Below the pieces are notes generated by a model. The model saw only the letters and a list, made by a program, of their open reading frames with translations. It searched no databases and was not told the origin of the DNA. Both the position numbers and the translations under genes were made by a program. A stretch of 52,572 nt of DNA from a virus (taxonomy: Duplodnaviria; Caudoviricetes): the IMG/VR virus record IMGVR_UViG_3300032308_000777, positions 1 to 52,572 of that record; one strand, written 5' to 3'. The stretch's first letter is position 1; each line of letters opens with the position of its first letter. Shown in pieces: positions 1-9,609 of this stretch.

Positions 1-123
1 CAAGCTGGCCAAGCTGCTCAAGGGCACTCAGGAGACCCTGCCGGCAGCAGAGCGTCAGGCCAACCTTGCCAAGTTCATTGAGCCTAGCAAGGTGCAGCAG
101 CGCCTGTACCACGGCACCACTGC
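1..123. repeat. Terminal direct repeat, copy 1 (identical to 52450-52572); circular assembly overlap
   Basis: First 123 nt match the last 123 nt exactly and an ORF reads through the junction in frame. Confidence 0.95.
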
Positions 124-3100
124 CACTGAGGGCGGCAAGAAGCAGGAGGCCATCCGCCGCTTCAAGCCCAGCAAAGAGGGCGCACTCGGCTCTGGCGTCT
201 ACATGACACCCAAGCCCACTTACGCCGGCGAGTACACCAGTGGGGCTGGCGGCAACATGCTGCCGGTCTATGCCCAGATCAAGAACCCTCTGGTTATTGA
301 GGGCAAGGGCGACCCGATGATCGAGGCGCTGATCAAGCTCGGGATCGATGAGAACAAAGCCGTCAGTATGGTGGAGCGGGCCTACGAGAACAAGGGCTAC
401 ATCGGCAAGGAGGTGGAGTCCCGTGCCCGTGCTGCCGGCTACGACGGCCTGATGCAGTACCGCGACGGCGACCTGAGCGAGGTGGTGTCCTACAACCCCA
501 ACGCGGTCAAGTCGGCCATTGGCAACAAGGGTACATACGACACCAACAAGCCCGACCTGAACGAGGCCGCTGGTGGTGCTGTTCATATGCAGGCCGGTGG
601 TATTGCTCGGTTGCTCAATGCTGGAAAGGGCGCGAAGAAGACCCCGCCTGCCGCTGAGACAAAAATCATCCAGGCCCCAACGGTAGTAGTTCCCAGCAAG
701 TTGAGCAACGTCAAAGAGGCGGTGCGTCAAAGCAAGGGCGACTACGGCGCTCGGCGGGTTGAGCGTGCTGCCGACGAAATCCCGAACCTTGAGCGGATGT
801 ACAAGGAAGAGGGGCTTCGCTCCGCCTTCACTGGTGACAACGCTCAGGCTTTGATGACCATGAACCCTGCGGACTTTGAAAAGTTTGCACTGCCATTGGT
901 CAAAAGCAAGGGGGCCAGAGGCCCCATGAGCAGCAGCGGGGAAGTCGACAAGTACACGCTACCCACTGACGAATACGTCCAGTACCTCCAGGGGTTACGC
1001 GGCGGCTTTTCGGATGTTCCGTTTTTGGGCATCAACAAAGAAGAATACGGTCTGCCGCTCAAGCCTTTTATTTCGGGCCACGAGGGGCGTCACCGTAGCC
1101 GAGCTTTGGCACAGTCCGGTCAGCCCACAAGTCTGGTTCGACTGGTTCCCCGCGCTGAGTTGCGTGAGCCATTCCCGCGCCGTACTCAGGAAGAGTACAT
1201 CCAAGCGTTGCGTGATGAACTGGACTTGACTGGCAACTTGGTCATGCCTGAAGGGGGTGCCGGATCCGCGGTTGTTCTGCCTGACATTTACGCCAAGGGT
1301 GGCGAAGTCCGCATGAAGAAGGGTGGCGAACCGGTTGATCCGCGCTTCCGCACTGCTGGCGGTGACCCGCTCAATGAGTTCGTCCCCCCGCGCTACCGCA
1401 GTGCTGGCCGCCGGCCGGAGTCGCAGCAGGATCGCGAGGCATCAAAGAACGTTCCGGTGGCTGTTGCCCGCGGTCTGGTGTCTGGTTCCCTGGGTTTGCC
1501 GGCAGACTTACTGAACCTGCCCGGTGCTATTTATTCCGGTGTCACCGGCAAAGAATCCTACGAGTTGCCGTTCGGTTCCGAATACATTGAGAAGCGCCTA
1601 CCCTTCCGCGGCGCGAGCCAGACGCCGGTAGGTGAGTTGTTCACCGGGTCTGGCCAGTTGGCTGGCGGCTTCTACACCGGCCCAGGATCTGGCGCTAGGG
1701 CTGCGATGGCCGTACCCAAGGCGATCAAGCGGGCTGTTCAAGACTTTGCTATGGCTTCGACCGAGGGCGTCCCTCGGATGTTCATCGGCCCCAAGGCCAA
1801 GACATGGGATCGGGCCAAGGCAGACGCTGCCGCCCGCCTGGAGCAGGAGGGAAGAGATCCTGTGGATATCTGGCGTCAGACCGGCACCTTCCGCGGCGCT
1901 GACGGCATCCAGCGCCAGGAGATCAGCGACGTTGGGGCGATCTACCGCAACCCGACGGATCTCAAAGAGTTGGGCAAGCAGAAGAAGCAAGAGGCCCTTG
2001 ATCTACAGCAGCGTATGGTCACGCCGATGGGCCAGAAGGACATGTTCCCCAAGGCCCTTACGGAGGCCAGAAAGCCTGCCCGAGAGCAAGTCAAGCGCCT
2101 GAAAGAAGAGGCCGACGAGCTTGGCCGCTTCTCGGATGTCCGTGGCCAGAGCGCCAAGTTTGTGCTGGAGCATCCCGAGTTGTACCGGGCATATCCTGAG
2201 CTTGCGGACATAAATGTCTTGCAAGGTGGCCGTGGCGTTGGAAACGAGAGAGCATCATTGATAGGTGGTAAGAACGACATGGAGATGGAGGTCACCCAGT
2301 CGGGCTTGAGACAAAATCCGCGCTCGAGCATGCTCCACGAGATGCAGCACGCCGTTCAGACTCTAGAGGACATGGCGCCCGGTGGACTCCCGCGGATGGC
2401 TTTCCAAGACCCGAAGGCTTTTGAGATCTTGAAAGACTTGCGAGCCAAGGCGTCAACTCCTATGAGCTTTGATGAGTACGCCGAGCGGTATTCCCATCTG
2501 GCCAACAAGGAAGCCGGGTATCAGGATTACCTGAAGTCCATCCCTGGCATCGTCAAGGGCATGGACCGCGAGCTTCAGAGCCAAGCCGCGATGGAATACT
2601 ACAAGCGGCTGGCTGGTGAGGCAGAGGCCAGGGCTACCCAGACACGCGAGGGGATGACCGCAAGTCAGCGAGCGCAAGATTTCCCGTATGGCAGCTACGA
2701 CGTTCTGCCCGAAGATCTGATCGTCAAGCCGGTAAAAGAAAGCGGAATTCAGGCTCAAATTGATTTTGACCAATTAAAGTCCGGTGGAATTGAAGTTCCG
2801 TCTGCCGGGTTCAGCAAGGAAGACAAAGTCAAGCTGCGACCGCTTTATAACCAGGGCTTGATCCGGGTTGAAGAGATAGGCGGCAAGAAAATGATTGTTC
2901 CGGGCAGGGGTGCTTGGTACGAGTTTGCGACACCAGAACAAAGAACAACGCTTGATTCTTTGCAAAGAAGCGATGGCGTTAGAGACCTCACATTGATGGG
3001 CCCCACCGAAAGCCTTCTCAATTCGGCGCAAGCCAGCTTCTTTGATTTTGAAATTGTTCCCGGGGTCAGAAATGTCCCCATTAAAAATCTTGAGCCGCTC

Positions 3101-4822
3101 TTGCCTGGATATGATTCGCCAAATGAGATGAGAAGGATTCAAGACCTTTCTGATCAGATTAAAGAGTCCAAACAAATTGAGCCTCTTTTCATTGGTGTTG
3201 ACCCGACTGGCTCTCAGTACATTATGGAGGGACAGCACAGAATTCGAGCGTTGAAGGCGCTTGGATATGATGAGGTTCCGGCTCGAATTGTTGTGGACAT
3301 GGATGACATTGAAAAAGCCAGCGGCGGCGAGGTGAAGATGGCCGGCGGTGGTTTGTCAAAAGTTGCCATAGAGGCCATGTCTAAATTAAAGGGCATGAGA
3401 AAAGAATTCGTTGACAATGCCGCTGAACAAGCTCGATATAAAAAAGAAACAGCACATATATCAACCAAAGATTTGCCAAGCTTTGAAGAATGGAAAGCCC
3501 AGCAGATCAACGTTACTCCTGAGAACATTGAGCAGTTGAGGAAAGAGACCGGCAATCGGGCCGGAGGCGAGGTCAAAATGCAAGCCGGTGGTGCGGCCGG
3601 GATGATCAAGAACTTGCTCAAGGGCGCTCAAAAGGCCGAGAAGGTTGAGCATCCCCTAGTGTTCCCTCGGGCAGAGCCAAAGACCAGGGAGCAGATTCGA
3701 CCCATCGCCCAGCGTGTGTCCGAACAGATGACTGGTGAGTTCGTCCGCCAGAACCCCAAGGTCACCACGAACCCGGCAGGCAAGTCCCGCAAGCAGTTTG
3801 AGCGCGAGCGGAACATCCCTCTTGAGACTCGCAACGTCGTGCCCGAAAGAACGGCGCCGGTGTTGGACTACGAGAAGTTTAAGGACTACGCGATTGTCGG
3901 CGTCCCAGGCGATCCATCAATGGGTGGTGTAGCCAAGGCCGGCAGCCTGAGTGAGTCGGCCAAGCCAACGGTCGAGCTTACCCGCGTGGGAGACATTACG
4001 CCAGATTCCCCTGTGCCACTGTTTGGTGGCCCTCGCTTTGGTGATGACGAGAAGTTCTGGGCTTCCAACATCGGCGCTGCCAAGCCCATCCAGACCAACG
4101 TCACCGAGCTTTCTGAGTTATACGACTCGCCGGTGCTTGGCAAGTACATCAAGATGGCGCCCGACTCGGCCAACTTTGCGATCCACAATCTTGACTCCTT
4201 GCTTGCAATCCAGCGACCCGAGCGACTGAGCCCAGGAAAGATGGAGCAGTTGAACAAGGTGATCCGCGAAGGTTCTCCAAAGTATGGCAAGTTCCCGAAC
4301 TTCCCAGGGTTTGATGACCCCGTCGATGTTCTGCTTCAGTCGCAATTGAACTCCAAGCTGAGAAAGCACATCGCCGAGACCCTGACCAAGCCGACGATCA
4401 CCGACGAGTTGGGGCTGCCAAATGGCCTTGATGTGGTGACCGCCATCACGCACCCAGAACTCAGAAATTTGGAGACGGGCGTCAGTGGATTTTCTGTCGG
4501 CAGAATGCAGCCCGGCGCTGCTCTCAGGGCTGGCGAGTCATCTCACCCGACCTACGACACGGACATCCCTGGCGCCATGATTGGCCGCAGCAAGTACCCG
4601 ACTCCTTATGAGATCGCGTTTCCTGACACCACTGCATACGCTCGCAGTCAACTCAAGCCCGGCGTGCAGGAGTTCAACATGATGAAGTTGCTTGGCCCGC
4701 GTGAGCGCATTGACCAGCAATACATTGACGAGATGAAGATGTTCGAGGAACTGATGAAGCAGTACACCGGCAAGAAAAAGGGCGGCGCTGTTGGCGGCTT
4801 GTCCGCAGTTGAAAAGGTTTGA
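2..4822 (+). CDS. Large polyvalent protein, 3' part (true start 52262, ~1669 aa): ART-PolyVal-like ADP-ribosyltransferase, ParB/Srx-like, LPD23-like, zincin metallopeptidase, second ParB/Srx-like and unknown C-terminal domains
   Basis: LYHGT...GVYMT...PVYAQIKNPL (ART-like); GHEGRHR and MEGQHRIRAL (ParB/Srx); MFIGPKA...IWRQTG...GADG...EISD (LPD23-like); HEMQH...YKRLAGEAEAR (zincin); frame open from position 2; lies between terL and portal. Confidence 0.8.
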   Translation, partial: KLAKLLKGTQETLPAAERQANLAKFIEPSKVQQRLYHGTTATEGGKKQEAIRRFKPSKEGALGSGVYMTPKPTYAGEYTSGAGGNMLPVYAQIKNPLVIEGKGDPMIEALIKLGIDENKAVSMVERAYENKGYIGKEVESRARAAGYDGLMQYRDGDLSEVVSYNPNAVKSAIGNKGTYDTNKPDLNEAAGGAVHMQAGGIARLLNAGKGAKKTPPAAETKIIQAPTVVVPSKLSNVKEAVRQSKGDYGARRVERAADEIPNLERMYKEEGLRSAFTGDNAQALMTMNPADFEKFALPLVKSKGARGPMSSSGEVDKYTLPTDEYVQYLQGLRGGFSDVPFLGINKEEYGLPLKPFISGHEGRHRSRALAQSGQPTSLVRLVPRAELREPFPRRTQEEYIQALRDELDLTGNLVMPEGGAGSAVVLPDIYAKGGEVRMKKGGEPVDPRFRTAGGDPLNEFVPPRYRSAGRRPESQQDREASKNVPVAVARGLVSGSLGLPADLLNLPGAIYSGVTGKESYELPFGSEYIEKRLPFRGASQTPVGELFTGSGQLAGGFYTGPGSGARAAMAVPKAIKRAVQDFAMASTEGVPRMFIGPKAKTWDRAKADAAARLEQEGRDPVDIWRQTGTFRGADGIQRQEISDVGAIYRNPTDLKELGKQKKQEALDLQQRMVTPMGQKDMFPKALTEARKPAREQVKRLKEEADELGRFSDVRGQSAKFVLEHPELYRAYPELADINVLQGGRGVGNERASLIGGKNDMEMEVTQSGLRQNPRSSMLHEMQHAVQTLEDMAPGGLPRMAFQDPKAFEILKDLRAKASTPMSFDEYAERYSHLANKEAGYQDYLKSIPGIVKGMDRELQSQAAMEYYKRLAGEAEARATQTREGMTASQRAQDFPYGSYDVLPEDLIVKPVKESGIQAQIDFDQLKSGGIEVPSAGFSKEDKVKLRPLYNQGLIRVEEIGGKKMIVPGRGAWYEFATPEQRTTLDSLQRSDGVRDLTLMGPTESLLNSAQASFFDFEIVPGVRNVPIKNLEPLLPGYDSPNEMRRIQDLSDQIKESKQIEPLFIGVDPTGSQYIMEGQHRIRALKALGYDEVPARIVVDMDDIEKASGGEVKMAGGGLSKVAIEAMSKLKGMRKEFVDNAAEQARYKKETAHISTKDLPSFEEWKAQQINVTPENIEQLRKETGNRAGGEVKMQAGGAAGMIKNLLKGAQKAEKVEHPLVFPRAEPKTREQIRPIAQRVSEQMTGEFVRQNPKVTTNPAGKSRKQFERERNIPLETRNVVPERTAPVLDYEKFKDYAIVGVPGDPSMGGVAKAGSLSESAKPTVELTRVGDITPDSPVPLFGGPRFGDDEKFWASNIGAAKPIQTNVTELSELYDSPVLGKYIKMAPDSANFAIHNLDSLLAIQRPERLSPGKMEQLNKVIREGSPKYGKFPNFPGFDDPVDVLLQSQLNSKLRKHIAETLTKPTITDELGLPNGLDVVTAITHPELRNLETGVSGFSVGRMQPGAALRAGESSHPTYDTDIPGAMIGRSKYPTPYEIAFPDTTAYARSQLKPGVQEFNMMKLLGPRERIDQQYIDEMKMFEELMKQYTGKKKGGAVGGLSAVEKV

Positions 4823-4825
4823 CCT

Positions 4826-7363
4826 ATGGCTACAGAATTCCCCATTGACCCTGAGTTCAATCGTTTCGTTGGAGGCGAGCCCCAGGACCAAGACGACGAA
4901 GAGGGCGTCATCGTTGACATGCCCATGGACGAAGCAGAGATTGAGGAGCTTCCAGACGGCTCGGCCATCGTCCGCATGGATAGCAAGGGGCCGATGGAGG
5001 ATCAAGACTTCTACGCCAACCTAGCAGACGGCGACGCCACCAGCGCATATGACCTCGACAAGATGGCCCTGCGTTACATCGAACTGGTTGAGAAGGACAA
5101 AGAGGCCCGCAAACAGCGCGACAAGCAGTACGAAGAGGGCATCAAGCGCACCGGCATGGGCAACGACGCCCCTGGTGGAGCCAACTTCCAGGGCGCATCG
5201 AAGGTCGTTCACCCCGTAATGGCCGAGGCATGCATTGATTTTGCAGCTAGGGCCATCAAGGAGATGTTCCCGCCGGACGGCCCGACCAAGACCAAGATCC
5301 TGGGCGACGTTACTGAGGAGAAAACTGCGTCTGCCGAGCGCAAGCGCGACTACATGAACTGGCAATTGACCGAGCAGATCGAGGAATTCCGCGACGAGCA
5401 GGAGCAATTGCTCACCCAACTGCCTCTTGGTGGCTCGCAATACCTCAAGCTCTGGTACGACGAGAAGAAAAAGCGTCCCTGTGCGCAGTTTTTGCCCATC
5501 GACAACGTGCTTTTGCCCTTCGCATCGGCCAACTTCTACACCGCCCAGCGTTTTACTGAGGTTGACGACATCTCCGAGTGGGAATTCAAGCGCCGGATTG
5601 AGGCTGGGCTGTACAGAGACACCGCTCTGACCCGCGCAACGATGGACCCGGAGCCTACCGCGTCCCAAAAGGCCAACAACAAGATCGAAGGCAAGTCCCC
5701 GAACGAGAACGAGGACGGTCTGCGCCGGGTTTACCACGTCTACACATGGCTGGAACTTGAGGACGACCCGATCACCAAGGGCGATATGGCCCCGTACATC
5801 CTGATGATCGACGATCTGTCGACCGAGGTCATCGGTTTGTACCGGAACTGGGAGGAAGGCGACGACACGATGACCAAATTGGACTGGGTCATCGAGTTCA
5901 AGTTCATTCCTTGGCGTGGCGCCTACGCTGTTGGCCTGCCGCAGCTTATTGGAGGTCTCTCCGCGGCCCTTACAGGCTCTTTGCGGGCCCTTTTGGACTC
6001 TGCCCACATCAACAACGCTGCGACGCTCCTGAAGCTCAAGGGCGGCAAGATTTCTGGGCAGTCCCAGGAGGTCGAAGTCACCCAGGTTGTGGAGATCGAG
6101 GGCGCCCCAGGCGTGGATGACGTGCGCAAGCTGGCCATGCCCATGCCATTTAACCCGCCTTCGCAGGTGCTGTATCAGCTTTTGGGCTGGTTGACCAACG
6201 CCGCCAAGGGTGTGGTGACCACGGCCGAGGAAAAGATCGCCGACGTCAACTCCAACACCCCTGTCGGCACCACCCAGGCGCTGATTGAGCAGGGCGCGGC
6301 TGTTTTCTCGTCTATTCACGCCCGTTTGCACGAGTCTCAGGGGCGCGTGCTGCGTGTTTTGAGCCGGATCAACCGCTGGTACCTGGACGACATGCAGCGT
6401 GGCGAGGTCGTCGAGGATTTGGACATCAAGCGCGAGGATTTCATGCGGATCACCGACGTGATTCCGGTGTCCGACCCCCACATTTTCAGCGAAACCCAGC
6501 GGATGGCCCAGACCCAGGCGGTTATGGCCATCATGGACAAAAACCCGGACCTGTTCAACAAGCGGGCGGTCATTCAGCGCTTCCTCAAGCAGATCAAGGT
6601 GCCCGGCATCAACGAACTGATGACCGACGTGCCCTCTCCGGTCAAGCAGGACGCCGCCAACGAGAACGTAGCGATGGCCATCGGGCAGGCGGCCTTTGCT
6701 TACCCCGAGCAGGACCATTTGGGCCACATCCAGACGCACCTGGACTTCGCCAAGAGCCCGATCTTCGGCTCCAACCCAATGATTGCGCCTTCGTACCTGC
6801 CAAAGGCGGTGGATCACATCAAGCAGCACATTGTGCTGTGGTACCTCAACCGCATGAGCGGCTACGTCCAGAAGGCCATCGGCGGCAAGATGCCCGAGTA
6901 CGAGTTGCACAACGACCCGAAGATCCTAGACCAAATGTTCGGCGCCGCATCGCAGCATGTTGAGATGGATGCGGACCAGACCCTCAAGGGAATCCTGCCT
7001 GTCATCCAGCAACTCATGCAGGGCTTGCAGCAATTCAAGCCCCAACCGCAGATGCCGCCTGATGTCAAGGTTTTGCTGGATACCAGCATGGCCGAGACCC
7101 AACGCCGGCAGGCCCGCGATCAGGCCGAGATGCAACTCAAGGACAAGGAGCTTGCTGCAAGGATTCAGATGGACATGCAGGAGCTTGAGCAGAAGCAAGA
7201 GCGCGAGATGGAGGCCATGCAACTGAAGCTGGCCATCGCCCGCGGCGACAACGAGATGAAAGAGCGCATCGAGACAGCCCGCCTAACGCGAGATGCGGCC
7301 AAGCTCAACTTCGAGCAGGTCAAGGCTGTACAACCCCAAGGAGGCCAGTATGGCTATGAGTGA
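4826..7363 (+). CDS. Portal protein
   Basis: 845 aa; HPVMAEACIDF, RDYMNWQL and PVGTTQALIEQG motifs typical of podovirus-like portals; coiled-coil C-terminus; position. Confidence 0.85.
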   Translation: MATEFPIDPEFNRFVGGEPQDQDDEEGVIVDMPMDEAEIEELPDGSAIVRMDSKGPMEDQDFYANLADGDATSAYDLDKMALRYIELVEKDKEARKQRDKQYEEGIKRTGMGNDAPGGANFQGASKVVHPVMAEACIDFAARAIKEMFPPDGPTKTKILGDVTEEKTASAERKRDYMNWQLTEQIEEFRDEQEQLLTQLPLGGSQYLKLWYDEKKKRPCAQFLPIDNVLLPFASANFYTAQRFTEVDDISEWEFKRRIEAGLYRDTALTRATMDPEPTASQKANNKIEGKSPNENEDGLRRVYHVYTWLELEDDPITKGDMAPYILMIDDLSTEVIGLYRNWEEGDDTMTKLDWVIEFKFIPWRGAYAVGLPQLIGGLSAALTGSLRALLDSAHINNAATLLKLKGGKISGQSQEVEVTQVVEIEGAPGVDDVRKLAMPMPFNPPSQVLYQLLGWLTNAAKGVVTTAEEKIADVNSNTPVGTTQALIEQGAAVFSSIHARLHESQGRVLRVLSRINRWYLDDMQRGEVVEDLDIKREDFMRITDVIPVSDPHIFSETQRMAQTQAVMAIMDKNPDLFNKRAVIQRFLKQIKVPGINELMTDVPSPVKQDAANENVAMAIGQAAFAYPEQDHLGHIQTHLDFAKSPIFGSNPMIAPSYLPKAVDHIKQHIVLWYLNRMSGYVQKAIGGKMPEYELHNDPKILDQMFGAASQHVEMDADQTLKGILPVIQQLMQGLQQFKPQPQMPPDVKVLLDTSMAETQRRQARDQAEMQLKDKELAARIQMDMQELEQKQEREMEAMQLKLAIARGDNEMKERIETARLTRDAAKLNFEQVKAVQPQGGQYGYE

Positions 7364-7502
7364 TCAAGAGCAAAAAGGTATCAACGTGCCCCAGAGGAAG
7401 CGCATCGCCATGGGCGAGAAGCTTGACGGCTCGAGCATGCAACCCAAGGGCCAGTCTGGCTCTAAACCTCAAGGAGGTCTGCAACAAGCGAAGAAAAAAT
7501 GA
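7350..7502 (+). CDS. Small basic hypothetical protein (50 aa)
   Basis: AAGGAGG RBS at 7338-7344 before ATG 7350; overlaps next start. Confidence 0.6.
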   Translation: MAMSDQEQKGINVPQRKRIAMGEKLDGSSMQPKGQSGSKPQGGLQQAKKK

Positions 7503-7684
7503 AAACCATTGGCGACCTGATTGGTGGCATCAAGTCTAGGCAGGCTGAAATAGCCGCGTCCCTCGCTGCTGGTAATGCAGCGAACTGGGAGGCTTACCAC
7601 CGCATGGTCGGACATTACGCGGGCTTACAGGAGGCCCTTGACATCCTAAGTAACCTGATGAGGGAAGATGATGAAAATAAGTGA
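7499..7684 (+). CDS. Hypothetical protein (61 aa) of the portal-GroES interval
   Basis: ATGA overlap; NWEAYHRMVGHYAGL pattern; operon context. Confidence 0.7.
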   Translation: MKTIGDLIGGIKSRQAEIAASLAAGNAANWEAYHRMVGHYAGLQEALDILSNLMREDDENK

Positions 7685-8108
7685 ACCGGTAGCTTTTGAC
7701 GAAGCTGAGTTGGCTTGGGCTTTTCCGAGCGTAGACCCCGGTGCTAAACCTCTTGGCGGACGCATTCTTGTACAGTTGCGCCGCACCAAAAAGAAGGCAA
7801 CAAGCGCTGGGATTATTTTGGTCGAAGAAACCAAAGAGACCGAGAAGTGGCAGAACATGGTGGCCAAGGTCGTCGAGATTGGTCCGCTGGCATTCAAGCA
7901 TCGAGACACGATGCAGGCATGGCCAGAGGGGTCTTGGTGCGCCGTCGGCGACTACATCCGCGTCCCCAAGTGGGGCGGTGATCGTTGGGAAGTCAAAGTC
8001 CCCAACGATGACGATTTTGAGGATCCGGCACTGTTTATGGTTCTGAACGATCATGAGGTGATTGCAAAACTCACCGGTAATCCACTTGCGATGAGGGCCT
8101 TCCTGTGA
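7668..8108 (+). CDS. groES: Phage GroES-like co-chaperonin (Cpn10)
   Basis: KPLGGRILV, TSAGIIL mobile loop, VVEIGP, VGDYI, LNDHEVIA motifs. Confidence 0.85.
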   Translation: MMKISEPVAFDEAELAWAFPSVDPGAKPLGGRILVQLRRTKKKATSAGIILVEETKETEKWQNMVAKVVEIGPLAFKHRDTMQAWPEGSWCAVGDYIRVPKWGGDRWEVKVPNDDDFEDPALFMVLNDHEVIAKLTGNPLAMRAFL

Positions 8109-9046
8109 CTACAGAAAAAGACCAGACCGAAGAAATTTCAGTTGTCGAGGAAAAGGACGGATCGGTCACCGTTCAACTTCCTGACAGCATTGAGTCCCCC
8201 GACGCCCAAGAAGAGCGTGCGGATTCTCAAGACGACGGCGGTGATGAAGATCATCCCGACGATACCGATGCCATCCGCGAGGCAAGGCGCAACCGCCGCC
8301 GGGCCAAGAAGGATTACATCAAGCGCACCAACGAGGAGAAGGATGCCAAGCTGCAAATGCTCGAGCGCCAGAACCGAGACCTGATGGACCGACTGTCCGT
8401 CGTGGAGCGCAAGACTCACGGGGCTGATTTGGCCCGGTTTGAGAAGGCTATTGAGGACGAGGAATATCGTCTGCAATATGCCCAACGCAAAATGCAGGAG
8501 GCCACCGATAACTCGGACGGCGCCGCATTTACCAAGGCCCAGGAGCTTTGGTACGACAGCCGGCGCAAACTGGAGGCGATGCAAAGCTACAAAGAGCGTG
8601 CAGCCAAGGCCGGCGCCCAAGAAAATGCTCCAGCAAATCCCAAATTGGTCAGACTGGCCAATGACTGGATGGAGCGCAATTCCTGGTACAGCCCGGATTC
8701 CGGCGACGAGGACACGGCAATTGCCAAAGTCATTGACAACCGGCTGGTTGCAGAGGGCTGGGATCCTTCGACAAAAGATTATTGGGAAGAACTTGACAAC
8801 CGCTTGCAAAAGCGTTTGCCACACCGTTATACTCGATCACAAGACGAAAGTCCGTCCAGAAGGAGCCCCCGAAGCTTCGTGACTGGGTCGAGTCGTGAGT
8901 CAGCCAACCGCGGAGGCGGCAACGAATTTGTTTTGGAGCCTGAACAGGTCCGAGCAATGAAGGAAGCCGGCTTTTGGGATGATCCTCAAAAACGCAGTCG
9001 GATGATTAAGCGATACGCCCAGGATGCACGAAACAAAAGGAGCTAA
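8105..9046 (+). CDS. Putative capsid scaffolding protein
   Basis: Acidic N-terminus, long coiled coil, WMERNSWY motif, upstream of the capsid genes. Confidence 0.6.
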   Translation: MTTEKDQTEEISVVEEKDGSVTVQLPDSIESPDAQEERADSQDDGGDEDHPDDTDAIREARRNRRRAKKDYIKRTNEEKDAKLQMLERQNRDLMDRLSVVERKTHGADLARFEKAIEDEEYRLQYAQRKMQEATDNSDGAAFTKAQELWYDSRRKLEAMQSYKERAAKAGAQENAPANPKLVRLANDWMERNSWYSPDSGDEDTAIAKVIDNRLVAEGWDPSTKDYWEELDNRLQKRLPHRYTRSQDESPSRRSPRSFVTGSSRESANRGGGNEFVLEPEQVRAMKEAGFWDDPQKRSRMIKRYAQDARNKRS

Positions 9047-9051
9047 ACATT

Positions 9052-9594
9052 ATGGATACACGTCTCAAAAAAACTCTCAACGCCGGCGGCCGTGAGACAC
9101 GATCTTCGCAAGATCAGACCCGAGCCGCTCCCGAAGAGAAGTTCATGTCAGCGCAGGAACGTCGGAAGATGTGGAGCGATGAGTGGACACAAAGTGCGCT
9201 GCCAAAAGTTCCGGATATTCCGGGATGGCACCTTTGCTGGTTATCGACCACCAATGGATACGACAGCATTGATAAGCGGATGCGACTTGGCTATATACCT
9301 GTTAGCGCAGATGAATTGCCAAATTTCGAGAATTACCGCGTAAAGGCTGGCGAAGACATCGGTTTTATCGCATGCAACGAGATGCGCCTGTTCAAGATCC
9401 CAATGGAGATCTATCAGGACATCATGCTGCAAATGCACCATGAGGCTCCTCAAGAGGAGGCGGACAAGATCCGCGTCCAGGCAGAGAATCTTCAGGGAGC
9501 ACGCGATAGCTCAGGGAAATCCTTGGGTGCGGTTGAAGGCGAGGGATTTGGCAATTTCGACCGAACTGTGAAATCCCCTGTATTTCAGGGATAA
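9052..9594 (+). CDS. Hypothetical head-module protein
   Basis: 180 aa ORF in the head operon; PDIPGWHLCWLS...RLGYIPV. Confidence 0.7.
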   Translation: MDTRLKKTLNAGGRETRSSQDQTRAAPEEKFMSAQERRKMWSDEWTQSALPKVPDIPGWHLCWLSTTNGYDSIDKRMRLGYIPVSADELPNFENYRVKAGEDIGFIACNEMRLFKIPMEIYQDIMLQMHHEAPQEEADKIRVQAENLQGARDSSGKSLGAVEGEGFGNFDRTVKSPVFQG

Positions 9595-9609
9595 CCAAGG
9601 AGTAAGACT

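Noticed and set aside
1-123. Biological direct terminal repeat of the virion DNA
   Set aside because: It falls in the middle of a coding sequence and has a k-mer-like length; an assembler overlap is more likely. Read-end mapping would be needed.
3050-3300. ParABS plasmid-prophage partition system
   Set aside because: The ParB/Srx-like domains are embedded in the polyvalent protein, lack an HTH, and no ParA is present.
5021-6910. 629-aa minus-strand ORF and many similar antisense ORFs
   Set aside because: These are shadows of GC-rich plus-strand genes, with no RBS or recognisable motifs.
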